Positions 1-10,000 of a stretch of DNA of 52,240 nt are shown here, in pieces. The stretch comes from Faecousia sp. (GTDB lineage: Bacteria; Bacillota; Clostridia; Oscillospirales; Oscillospiraceae): contig JAZNRQ010000086.1 of NCBI GenBank assembly GCA_045590735.1, positions 1 through 52,240 on the forward strand. The letters are read 5' to 3'. A program made the translations under genes and the position numbers. A model generated the notes under the pieces. The model worked only from the letters and a program-made list of their open reading frames with translations, ran no database searches and had not been told where the DNA came from. The first letter of the stretch is position 1, and the number at the start of each line of letters is the position of its first letter.

Positions 1-178
1 AAATTCCAATTTATCGAGCTGTTCAAACTCGCACAACCCAATTGTCATTGCGAGCCAGTTCGCAAACTGGCGTGGCAATCTATTGGTAACACTTGGTTTT
101 TAGATTGCCACACCAGTGACATCGGTCACTGGTTCGCAATGACAATGAAAATTGTAATCGCTCGAGAAATTGGAATTT
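1..178. repeat. REPIN/MITE-like element, copy A
   Basis: 19-bp outer inverted repeats AAATTCCAATTTATCGAGC (1-19) / GCTCGAGAAATTGGAATTT (160-178) enclose two inverted GTCATTGCGA...GCAATCT hairpin units (44-81, 102-143). Related copies lie at 1804, 17642, 24263 and 52113. Confidence 0.9.
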
Positions 179-193
179 ATAGATGGCAATAGC

Positions 194-230
194 AAAAGAA
201 GCGGTCTGACCGATTGTTCGGTCAGACCGC
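194..230 (-). terminator. Rho-independent terminator of the lipoprotein gene
   Basis: Perfect 13-bp stem GCGGTCTGACCGA/TCGGTCAGACCGC followed by TTCTTTT on the minus strand, just after the stop at 238. Confidence 0.8.
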
Positions 231-237
231 CTATCCT

Positions 238-1770
238 TTATTCTACGATACCAACTACCACATTCTGCACATCAAATATCAGCTGCGCAGAATCCTTCGT
301 CAGGATCTTTTCGACCAAAGCCACATCCTTGCACAGGAAGTTTTTGAGCTTGGAGCCATCCAGCATTTGGAATGCATAGAAATTATTTTCCACCTTGGTA
401 TAGAGGCTTGTGTTGCCCGGATCCAAGCTCCGGTAGGTAACACCGTCGCTTGCCGGCACAAACTCGCCCTGCACATAACCTTCCGGCTTTTCCTTTTCCG
501 TCAGACCGCTTTGGGTGAAGATTTCACTAACCATGCCGGTCAGCTCATTTTGAACGATTTCCGCAGTCCCCTCCGGAAATTCGGTGGTGCGGGATTCGTA
601 GGTGATCTCCCAGCTAAAGGAAGGCGGGGTGGGCAGATAGCCGTTACTGCCGTTGCAGCAGGAAAGATAGAAGGTCATAGGAAACTGCGAATCTTCCCGC
701 ACCGCCACCGCATTGGTGTCAAAGATCTCAAATGGTGCGGTCACAAAGGCAAATTCGCCCAGGGAAATGGCATACAGCCAAACTTTTTTGGCACCGCCGG
801 CTCTTGTATTCAGCAGGATCTCCTTTTCCTTCAGGATAATGTTTTTGACATCCCGCTGGGTGAATTTTGCAGATGCTTCTACCGCTGCAGCACCCAGCTT
901 TTCGCCCAACTGCTGATAGCCGTCGTGATCGATATCGCTTCTGATCTGAGAATTGTTATTGATATTGCCGGAGCCACCCAGCAGGAAGATGGAGTCGCAG
1001 TTTAAGTTGGTGTCCAGATAGTTACGCAGAACACCGGGATAATTGGAGGTCGCAATGGTATTGGGGCTTGTTCCGGGAGGGTGACCCTGCCAGTTGACCA
1101 TTACCACATCCTTGCCGCCCTCACGGGTGAATTTTACCAGCTGCAGCAGATTATCCACCTGGCTGTAGTGACCGATCAGCTGATCCTTTGGCACGCCGCC
1201 TACACCGTAGGACTGATAGCTGCCATCTGCCAGCAGGTAGTGGCGAACCGTATTGGTCTTTTCCACACGGGTAAAGGTGGTCTGCATCGTCTGTACCGGC
1301 TTCCGGTCCTCCAAAGCCGTCTTTGCCGCAGTCAGCACACCGTTTGTCAGCAGGCTTATGTAGGGATTCACCGAAGGGTGCTCCACCCGCAGGGACGGGC
1401 CACTGTGGTTATGGGTCACGTGGAACATAATGTTAGTCTTGGGAACACCGGTCTCACCGGAAACCGCATCCCGCATACTGTCTGCCATATAGGCATTAAG
1501 CATATCCAGTGTGATGATCATCACGGTATTGTTTTGGGCGTCGGTAAAGGCAACGCAAATGGCATAGAAGGGCCACTCCGTGCCGGTGGATCGACGATAC
1601 TGGGCAGAATCCATGCCGGCATAGCCGTCCAGCGGCATGGATTCCGTAGGCGTCACATCAGATTTTCCGAAGCCCACAGAAAGACCAGCAGAAGCTTCCT
1701 TTTCGCCGCAGCCGGCAAGAAGGCTCAGGCATAGCATAATGCTTAGGATCATTGCGATGCTTCGTTTCAT
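238..1770 (-). CDS. Lipoprotein with neutral/alkaline ceramidase-like (CDase N-terminal family) hydrolase domain
   Basis: Start MKRSIAM with AAGGAG RBS; lipobox LLAGC; motifs GFGKSDVTP, THNHSGP, NWQGHP, GGSGNIN, APFE and NGYLP typical of ceramidase-like proteins. Confidence 0.75.
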   Translation of the reverse strand: MKRSIAMILSIMLCLSLLAGCGEKEASAGLSVGFGKSDVTPTESMPLDGYAGMDSAQYRRSTGTEWPFYAICVAFTDAQNNTVMIITLDMLNAYMADSMRDAVSGETGVPKTNIMFHVTHNHSGPSLRVEHPSVNPYISLLTNGVLTAAKTALEDRKPVQTMQTTFTRVEKTNTVRHYLLADGSYQSYGVGGVPKDQLIGHYSQVDNLLQLVKFTREGGKDVVMVNWQGHPPGTSPNTIATSNYPGVLRNYLDTNLNCDSIFLLGGSGNINNNSQIRSDIDHDGYQQLGEKLGAAAVEASAKFTQRDVKNIILKEKEILLNTRAGGAKKVWLYAISLGEFAFVTAPFEIFDTNAVAVREDSQFPMTFYLSCCNGSNGYLPTPPSFSWEITYESRTTEFPEGTAEIVQNELTGMVSEIFTQSGLTEKEKPEGYVQGEFVPASDGVTYRSLDPGNTSLYTKVENNFYAFQMLDGSKLKNFLCKDVALVEKILTKDSAQLIFDVQNVVVGIVE

Positions 1771-1803
1771 AAACACTCTCCTTCTCATTTTTCTTAAATC
1801 TCA

Positions 1804-1982
1804 AACTTCCAATTAATCGAGCTCTTTCGATGGTGAATGTAGGGGCGACCATTGGTCGCCCGCGCAGAGAAATGTTACGAATTCGCCTTAGTTTCCTGCG
1901 CAAACGAACTGTTGTACCGCACGGGCGAGCAATGCTCGCCCCTACGTATTCTATCGATAGATTGCTCTATAAACCGGGATTT
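1804..1982. repeat. REPIN/MITE-like element, copy B (GTAG-type inner REPs)
   Basis: Degenerate copies of the same outer IR (1804-1822, 1964-1982) enclose GTAGGGGCGACCATTGGTCGCCC (1839-1861) and the inverted GGGCGAGCAATGCTCGCCCCTAC (1923-1945). Confidence 0.85.
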
Positions 1983-2184
1983 AGTTTTCTTCCTGCAGCT
2001 GCAGGACCTTCAGCATACCCCGCAGGTAGCCGAAGGCATTGGACCGGGCGGTATGTCCCCAGCGGGTATCTGTAGTCAGATACGGCACGTGGTCATCCAG
2101 CAGCAGTCCCTCGGTGAGAAATTTTCTTGCCATACCCAGGCCGGCATTTCGCACAGCACCGGTAATCAGAACACATTTACCCAT
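1981..2184 (-). pseudogene. In-frame deletion scar: SDR oxidoreductase N-terminus joined to mannonate dehydratase (UxuA)-like C-terminus
   Basis: AAGGAG RBS; MGKCVLITGAVRNAGLGMARKF is an SDR Rossmann start; DDHVP...WGHTARSNAFGYLRGML resembles UxuA C-termini; only 67 aa in total. Confidence 0.7.
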
Positions 2185-2189
2185 AAGAA

Positions 2190-3011
2190 TTACTCCTTAT
2201 AATAGTAAACAGGCTTGCCGCCTACCGCCATCTCCAGTGCGAAGGTGTAACCCGCCTGGGGATAGGCAGCGGTATCGTCCATAGCGGCGGTGGTAATGTA
2301 GAGGGTCTTAAAGTCCTCGCCGCCAAAGCTGCAGCAGGATGCTTTGGGACAAGGTGTTTCAATTTTCCGGATCGTCTCGCCGGTTTTGCCGTTTAAATGC
2401 AGGATACCGTGACCGTCCCAAAATGCCAGCAGCACATTGTTTTCCTTATCCACCGTCAAGCCATCGGGCTTGCCCCATTCCTGGGGGAATTCCCGGAGGG
2501 TCCTGCGGTTTGAAAGCGTGCCGGTAGCCTTGTCAAAATCGAATAGCTCCACCTTATAAAAGAGAGAATCCGCATAGACCATCGTCCTTTCGTCGGTGGT
2601 CCAATCCAGTCCGTTGGAGCAGAAACAGCCGTCAAAGACCTCTGTCAGCACACCGTCTGCCAACCGGTAGAACGCACCGGAGCCATTGGCTCCTACTGTA
2701 CCTAAATAAAATGCGCCGTCAGGGCCTACCTTACCGTCATTAAACCGCTCGCCCTTCAGCTTGACCGACTGATGGGCAAGGGTCATACTGTCCAGCCAGT
2801 AAACGCCATCCTCCATAGCCACCAGCACCCGACCGGTTTCGGTCAATGCCATACAGCCTACCTTTTGGGGAAGGTCGATCTTCTCCCAATTGCCGCTTTG
2901 CAGCTTATAAAGGCACTTACCCCGGATGTCTATCTGCCACAGAGTTCCGGTACGATGATCCCACAGAGGACCTTCTCCTACTGCACAATTCACTTTATGT
3001 ATAACTTTCAT
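2190..3011 (-). CDS. SMP-30/gluconolactonase/regucalcin family sugar lactonase
   Basis: GEGPLWD, RFNDGKVGPDG, SNGLDW, PDGLTVD and FGGEDFKTLYITTA motifs; start placed at MKVIH after GGAGAGG. Confidence 0.9.
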   Translation of the reverse strand: MKVIHKVNCAVGEGPLWDHRTGTLWQIDIRGKCLYKLQSGNWEKIDLPQKVGCMALTETGRVLVAMEDGVYWLDSMTLAHQSVKLKGERFNDGKVGPDGAFYLGTVGANGSGAFYRLADGVLTEVFDGCFCSNGLDWTTDERTMVYADSLFYKVELFDFDKATGTLSNRRTLREFPQEWGKPDGLTVDKENNVLLAFWDGHGILHLNGKTGETIRKIETPCPKASCCSFGGEDFKTLYITTAAMDDTAAYPQAGYTFALEMAVGGKPVYYYKE

Positions 3012-3045
3012 TATTTCAACATCCTCTCCGATTTTTCTCAAGTCA

Positions 3046-3074
3046 ATGTTACCACAGGTATAGTCAATTTTCAA
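3046..3074 (-). promoter_or_regulatory. sigma70-type promoter of the lactonase operon
   Basis: Minus strand TTGAAA-17 bp-TAACAT with extended TG. Confidence 0.5.
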
Positions 3075-3103
3075 TTCTATTTTCTCTTAAATCCATAAGA
3101 ATA

Positions 3104-3132
3104 TTGACATATTGATTTAAAAATGCTACAGT
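3104..3132 (+). promoter_or_regulatory. sigma70-type promoter of the AraC gene
   Basis: TTGACA-17 bp-TACAGT with extended TG. Confidence 0.6.
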
Positions 3133-3153
3133 AAACCAAAAGGTGGTGTGCTT

Positions 3154-3957
3154 ATGGCAATCAAGATTTTGGAGTGCAGAATTTACTCCGGTCCCCATAC
3201 CCGTACCGGTGAACGGATCGTAAAGGATTATGAGATCGACCTGGAATTGGGCGAAAGCCGTATTCTTTTTCTGGATAACAAATCTTACCCCATCCGCAAG
3301 GGCAATGTGACCATACATAAACCCGGTCAGCGGATCAACGGTCAAGGCTATCAAAATAGCATTTTGCTGACATTGGATCTGTCCGACACCCAAAGCCAGG
3401 GACCCTATAGCCGCAACATTCCCGGTCCCCAGCAGCCGGCCACCGATTTTTACTTACTGCAGAATTTGGGCAGCGTGATCGTACCCTTCTCGGAGAATGC
3501 CTTCCTGCCTATTTATAACGAGCTGCTGACCTCTGCGTTTACCGATCAGACCGCTGCGGAATATCTGGTGATGGAGCTGCTTTACAAGCTAAACGCCGAG
3601 CAGTGCCGCACCGAGTACACAAAACGAAAGCCCACAGAAACCGCTTGCTCCCGTGTCCTTCACTATCTGAAAGACAATCTGGAGCAGCCCATTACACTGG
3701 AAAGTCTGGCAGAAATGGTCCATCTGGACAAAAGCTATCTGGTCAGACTGTTTCGCAGCACCTACGGTGTTACCCCCATTAAAATGCTGATCCAGCTGCG
3801 AATAGAGCGAGCCTGCGACCTGATCACCACCACCGACCTGCCCATTGGACAGATCGCCACCGCCTGCGGCTACACCTCTGCCGCTTATTTCACCGCAGAA
3901 TACAAGCGGTATATGGGCTGCACCCCCGCTGCCCACCGGAATAATCGCCGGGCCTAA
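3154..3957 (+). CDS. AraC family transcriptional regulator
   Basis: C-terminal double HTH (ITLESLAEMVHLDKSYLVRLF...IATACGYTSAAYFTAEYK); divergent from the lactonase operon. Confidence 0.9.
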   Translation: MAIKILECRIYSGPHTRTGERIVKDYEIDLELGESRILFLDNKSYPIRKGNVTIHKPGQRINGQGYQNSILLTLDLSDTQSQGPYSRNIPGPQQPATDFYLLQNLGSVIVPFSENAFLPIYNELLTSAFTDQTAAEYLVMELLYKLNAEQCRTEYTKRKPTETACSRVLHYLKDNLEQPITLESLAEMVHLDKSYLVRLFRSTYGVTPIKMLIQLRIERACDLITTTDLPIGQIATACGYTSAAYFTAEYKRYMGCTPAAHRNNRRA

Positions 3958-3982
3958 ACAAGTATTCCCGAACGAAATAGAG

Positions 3983-4020
3983 AAAAGCGCGTGTTCAGCC
4001 GAACACGCGCTTTTGTTTTT
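3983..4020. terminator. Bidirectional intrinsic terminator (second hairpin at 4024-4053)
   Basis: AAAAGCGCGTGTTC-AGCC-GAACACGCGCTTTT between convergent genes. Confidence 0.85.
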
Positions 4021-4079
4021 GGCGATCCGCAAGCGGCAGTGCCGCCTGCGGATCTAATTAGGAAGGAGATAGTGGTTAA

Positions 4080-7000
4080 TTATTCCGTTGCTGCCGCCAG
4101 CACCAGTGCGCCCTCTACGCCCAGGATCTTAACAGCATCGCCGTTTTCGTTCATCAGTGTGCCGGTGTAGCTGCCACCGGGAGTAAAGGTCGTGCCTGCC
4201 AACGCGCCGCACTGACCGCTGGCAGCTGCCACCGTTGCGCCGCTTGCATAGGAAGCCACAAACTTAATGCTGGCAGTGCCGGTCCAATCATTCAGCACAT
4301 AGAACTTACCGTTATATGTGTGAATATTGCCCTTGGAAATGCCGTCATCACGCACAGCGTTTGCAGTACCGCCCAGATACAGGGTGCTGTCTGTGCCCAC
4401 ATAGATGGCTGTGCCGGCTGCATTGGTGCCGTCCACACCCTTAACGGTGCCGCCGGTGAAGTTCATTACGCCCGTGCTGCCTGCGATCCAAACATTGTGG
4501 TTGGATGCGCCGGCTGCGGTACCGCCGAAAATCATACCGCCGGTCATATTGATCGTGCCGTTGTAGGTGCGGATGTTGCCGCCCTGACCTGCCGCATTAC
4601 CGCCGGAGATCACACCGTCGGTAATATTGATGACCGTGTTGGAACCGCCGGAAATATTGCCGCCGTGGGCTTCTGTGCCCTGGGTTCTGCCGTCGGTGAC
4701 GGTGCCGCTGATATTCAGAGTACCTACCTTGGTACCGTCGCTGGTAATGCAGATATTGCCGCCTTCCTTTGCGGTACCCTGGGTCACGGTAGCATCCTTA
4801 CCAATGGTAACGGTACCTGCCTTACTCCAGATGTTGCCGCCCTGACCGGTGGTAACGCCACCGGAAACCGTACCGGCATTCATCGTAAATGTGCCGTTGA
4901 TATTCACATTACCGCCGCCACCGGTGGCATTGCCTATAACCTTGCCTTCCTCGGGTGTACCGCCGATGAGACCGCCGTCCATCGTAATGGTGGTGCCGGC
5001 CTCTCCACGGATGTTGCCACCGTAGGTGGCTGTGCCGCCGGTGATGGTGCCGGCCACAATATTAAACACAGAGCCGCTGCTCTTTAAGTATACATTGCCG
5101 CCCAGGCGGTTGCTGCCGGACTGATAGCCGGTACCGTTCTTAACGGTGCCGCCGTACAGGTTCACAGTGCCCTTCTCCATCAGTACATTGGTGCCGGTAT
5201 TGCTGTCGATGGTCGCACCGGAGTAGATATTCACTGTACCACCGGTGGTATGGACCGTTGCCTTGGTATTGGCACCGGTGGACTTGTAAGTACCGCCATA
5301 GAGGTTAATAATACCGGAGCCTGCAGCATGGATCGTACCGGTGCCATAGTCAGCGTGGCTGTTGGAGCTGCTGACAGTGCCATTACCCATCAGATTCAGC
5401 ACACCGGGCGTTGCCGCGCTGGCAGAGGTCGCAAAGATCCGGGCGCCATAGGAAAGGGTCTTTCCATTCAGGTGGACACAGACATTCTTGCCGGAAACCG
5501 TCAGGAAAATGCCGTCGCCGGAGATATCCTTGTTCACATAGTAGTGACCGCCGTCCGCAACCACCTTACCCATACCATTGATGGGTTCCCAGGTCACATC
5601 CTTCTGGCAGACGGGGCACTGCACCGCAGTGCCTGTCTGATAGCCGGTAAAGTCCATGGCTGCGGCAGCTGCTGCCACCGCGTTGCCCTTGGCAATCTGG
5701 GGATTTACATTGCTGACCATCAGCTTACCGTCCTGGCCGATGAGCTTATCGGTACCCATCGTCAGAGTGCCGGTAAATGCGCCGGTAGAAGCACCGTTGG
5801 CTGTGGGAACCACGCCCTCGACCAGAGCAGCACCAAAGGTAGCCTTTGCATTACCTGTCCAGGTGCTGTCGATCACCAGCTTGCCGGTGGACTGCACATT
5901 CAGTGTGCCGATCTCACAGTTGCCGTAAAGGGTCAGTGTACCCTTATGGATATCGGCACTTTCGATCACAACACCCTCGTAAACATTGACCCGAACCTTG
6001 CTGTCGCCGTGCAGCTTCAGTGCCGGAGCATCGGTATCCGTGGAGTAAGTACCACCGTAGAGGTTCACATATCCGTCAGCCCAAGCGGCTACCACAGCAC
6101 CCAGATTGGGATCTGCGGTGGTGCTCTTGCCAATCACAGAGCCGCTGCCCATCATATTCAGGGTAGCACCTGTGACAAAGATCCGGGAGGGGTAAGTCAG
6201 GGTATAACCGTTGTTGTGGAAGCAAACGGTCTTTCCCGCAGTAACTGTCATAAACTGATAAGGATTGTTATAATCACCGGTCAGATAGTAGTGACCGCCA
6301 TCTGTTACCGTATCGCCCAGAGATGCAGTAACCGGTGTCCATGTGACCTTCTTCTTACAGACAGGGCATTCTGCCTGGTTCAGAGAATCCAGTACCAGCT
6401 CGCCCTGCGGCTCATCCTGTGCCACCAGTACCAGGCCGCCGTCCTTGCCGATGAGCTGATCTTCGCCCATTGTCAAGGTGCCGGTAAATGCACCGGTAGA
6501 AGTACCGTTGGCTGCGGGAACCACGCCCTCGACCAATGGGTTTGCGAAGGTTACATTAGCTGTGCCGGTCCAGTTGCCGTTGACTGTCAGCTTGGAAACA
6601 GCTGCGATGGCAATATTTTCCGCAGAAGCGGCATCGTTCAGAGATACCTTACCCTTAGTCGCATCAATGCCCACGCCACCGTTATATGCCTTTACCTTGG
6701 CATTACCGTACAGATTTACGCTACCGGTGGAAACACCAATGCTGATAACAGGCATTTCTGCATTGGAAATGGTTACGGTCACATCGTCGTACAGGCTGAT
6801 GGCACCGGTGCTGTTAGCGACCAGTGTTGCGCCGCTGTACTGACCCAAACCTGTGCTGGTAAGGTTACCCTTACCCATAATGTTAATGTTGCCGCCGCTG
6901 CCTACGATGGCGATTCTGCCGGCTGTGGTCAGATTCTTGCCATTCATATGCAGGCAGATCTTGTGATTCTGTGCGGTAGTAGTTGCGTACTGAGCGGAGG

Positions 7001-10000
7001 TATTGGTGCTGTCAGCCAGCAGGTAATAGTGACCGGACTTTCCAGCCCCGATACTCTGACCTGCTTCCACAGGTGTCCACTCCACCTCTGCGCCGCCGCA
7101 GACGGGACAGACCGCCATATTGTCACCGTCGGGATCCAGCTCAAAATTGGGTTCCGGAGGTGTAACAACTGCATCACCGGTGCAAAGTCTGCCGCCTTCA
7201 CCACGGAGAAGTGCATCGTCTTCCATAAACAGATACAGCTTGCCGGTAAACGCACCGGTGCTTTCACCGTTGGCCGCAGGAACCACATTGTCTACCAGCG
7301 GGTTCTCAAAGAGCACATTGCCCTCGCCGGTAAAGCTCTTAAGAACTTTCAGCTTTGCATTTGCTGCAATGCCCAATATATCCACCTGTGCAGCGCCGTC
7401 CAGGGTCAGCGTACCGGTATCTGCCAGCACACCGCCGATGACCTTACCACCGTTCAGGGAAGCGGTACCTCTTTCCATGTGAATTGCCAAAGCATCGGTG
7501 GCAGTTGCTTCCACCGTAGCATTGCCATTGAGGGTAAAGCCGGTACGAACACTTACAACAGGCTTACCTACGGCAGTAGATGTGACCTTAACATTGTCAT
7601 AGAGGTTGATAGAACCGGTACTGGTCGCTACCAGGGTTGCCTTGGTGTAGGCATCGGCATCCGTTCCGGTGTAAGAACCTCTGCCGGTGATGGTGCCGTC
7701 ACCCATAATGTTGATGGTGCCGCCACTGCCAACAACCGCAATTCTGCCGGCTGTGGTCAGATTCTTGCCATTCATGTGGATACACAGCACCGCGTCCTTT
7801 GCCGTGGTGGTCGCCCACTGGCTTGTGTTGTCGGTGATATCCTTCTTCAGGTAGTAGTGACCGGAAAGGCTGGTGCCCAAACGACCGTCCGCCGCAGTCC
7901 ATGCCACTTCCACATTACAAACCGGGCAAACCGCCATACCGTCATTGTCCGTATCCAGGACAAAGTCGGAGGGCTTGCTGGACAGGTAGCACAGAGCATT
8001 GTTCTTCACAACGATCTGATCCTCTGCCGATGCCGTCTTGAAGATGGGTTGGTAAGAAGCGATATTTTCATAAGCTTCGGTGAAGATACCGGTTGTGGAA
8101 ACCGTAATGTCTGCCTTTGTATCCAGCTTGGTCAGATCCAGCTTTATACCTGCAGGCAGGATCAGGCCGGTGCCGGTGATTACTGGTGCGCCGGTCATCT
8201 CGAAATTGGTCTTGGCATTCATTTCGATGCCGCCATCGATTGTACCGCCCAGGATCTTTATCGTGCCGGAGCTTGCATAGATGTTGGCACCCAAGGGAGA
8301 CTCGCCGCCCTTGATCTCACCGCTGTGCAGTACGAAAGTACCGCCGTAAATACCCACATTGCCGCCATTCTGGGTGGTCTTGCCGCCCAGCAGGGTGCCT
8401 CCGTACATATTGACCTCAGCACCCGCGCCGCCCACATAGATGGTGCCTGCCAGTGTACCGAATTCGGTGCTTCTTTCGCCCAGACCCAAGGTGCCGCCCA
8501 GGATATCCAGCTTACCGCCGTTACCCACCATGATACAGCCGCCGGACATCTTGGTGCCACTGGAGGAGGGGTTGGTGCCCATCAGCTTGCCGCCGCCCTT
8601 GGTGTCCATAATGGTCAGCTTATCGTAGACCAGGAAGCAACGGCCATCACCGTTGAGGGTGCTGCCCTTCAGGTCCAGAACCACATCGTAACACTTGTCG
8701 TCGTCCTGCTTGCCAATGATTGCCTGGGGAGTAAACATATCGGTAAACAGGAAATAGTGCTTATCTTCTGCAGCTACCTTGCCGATGTAAGGCTCCCAGG
8801 TAACCGTCTTCTTACAGTGGTCGCAGTATGCGTCATAGTTTTTGACGCCGTAAGCAGGATTCCGGTTCATAACCCAGATCTGGGTGATCTGATTGGTCTT
8901 CAAATCCCGGATCGCCTGGATATAGTCGCCGTTTTTCAGCGTGGTTTTTTCGCCTCTGAATTCGGCAACTGCAGTGGAAACATTGTAAATTACACAGTTC
9001 TTAGCGATCTGCCATACTGTTTCATCCACCTTCTTCTTATCCGGTGTTTCCGCAGGATAGTAGAAGGTTCTGAAGGTGCTCTTGGTTACATTTTCCACAT
9101 AACGGTAGTTACAGGATTTTGCGCTCTGCTTCAGCACCGTTGTAACAGAGTAAGCATTTGTAATTATGCCCGACTTGTTGATCTTCAGACCAACCAGCGG
9201 AGCCAGCTGTTCATCAATAAAGGATGCCATACCCTTGCTCTTGGTCTTGGCAGTTACCTGCTTGCCCTCAGAGGCAAAGAGATAGGTATAGTAGCCCTCT
9301 TCGTCCGGTTCACGGGTGGTGGTCTTCTCTGCAGTGTTATACTTGCGCTGCAGGTTATAATAGACCTTGCCGCCGCTGATAGGACGGGACATCACAAATA
9401 CAATTCGGATCTGCTCGTTAATGTCACGGAAAGCGGTGACCTGGTCACCTTCCATCAGCTCGAGCTTACCGCCTACGGTTTTGCCGTATTCACCGGTCCG
9501 CACGTCATAGACCTCACAATCGGGGCTGAGAACGCTGTTCCAGGTGGAATCGCTGTACGCGCTGGCAAGGACCACAACGGAGCCGACCTTAGAGGTCACA
9601 TAGGACTCCGTACCCAGGTTTGCACCGCCGTAAACACAGACGGCATCGTAAACCGCCTTGACCACATCGCCTTCCAGCTTCAGGCCCATACAACGGTTGT
9701 AGATGGAGTCCATATAGTCCGCCATCTTCTTGTCCTTGACCTTGACCCGCTTAATCTTGCCTTCGCAGAGCATCTCGAAGACATAGTAGCCGCCCTGCTT
9801 CTGACGCAGGGTACCTACCTCCATATTGCCACCGTACTGACGGTCCCAGTTGTAGTACATAGGACTATCTGCTATCCGGCGGGTAACAAAGACCAGCTTG
9901 ATCTCGCCATCCAGGTTTGCATAAACATTGACCCGGTCGCCATACTGCAGACTTTCCACCCGCTCGCCGCAGTTATGCTCATAACAGGCAAACTGGCAGC

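Noticed and set aside
1-178. Palindromic repeats as a CRISPR array or integron attC sites
   Set aside because: Copies are dispersed rather than tandem with unique spacers; no cas or integrase gene; no attC core-site pattern recognised.
5607-8825. CxxC motifs as c-type heme sites
   Set aside because: None is CxxCH; the His lies well downstream.
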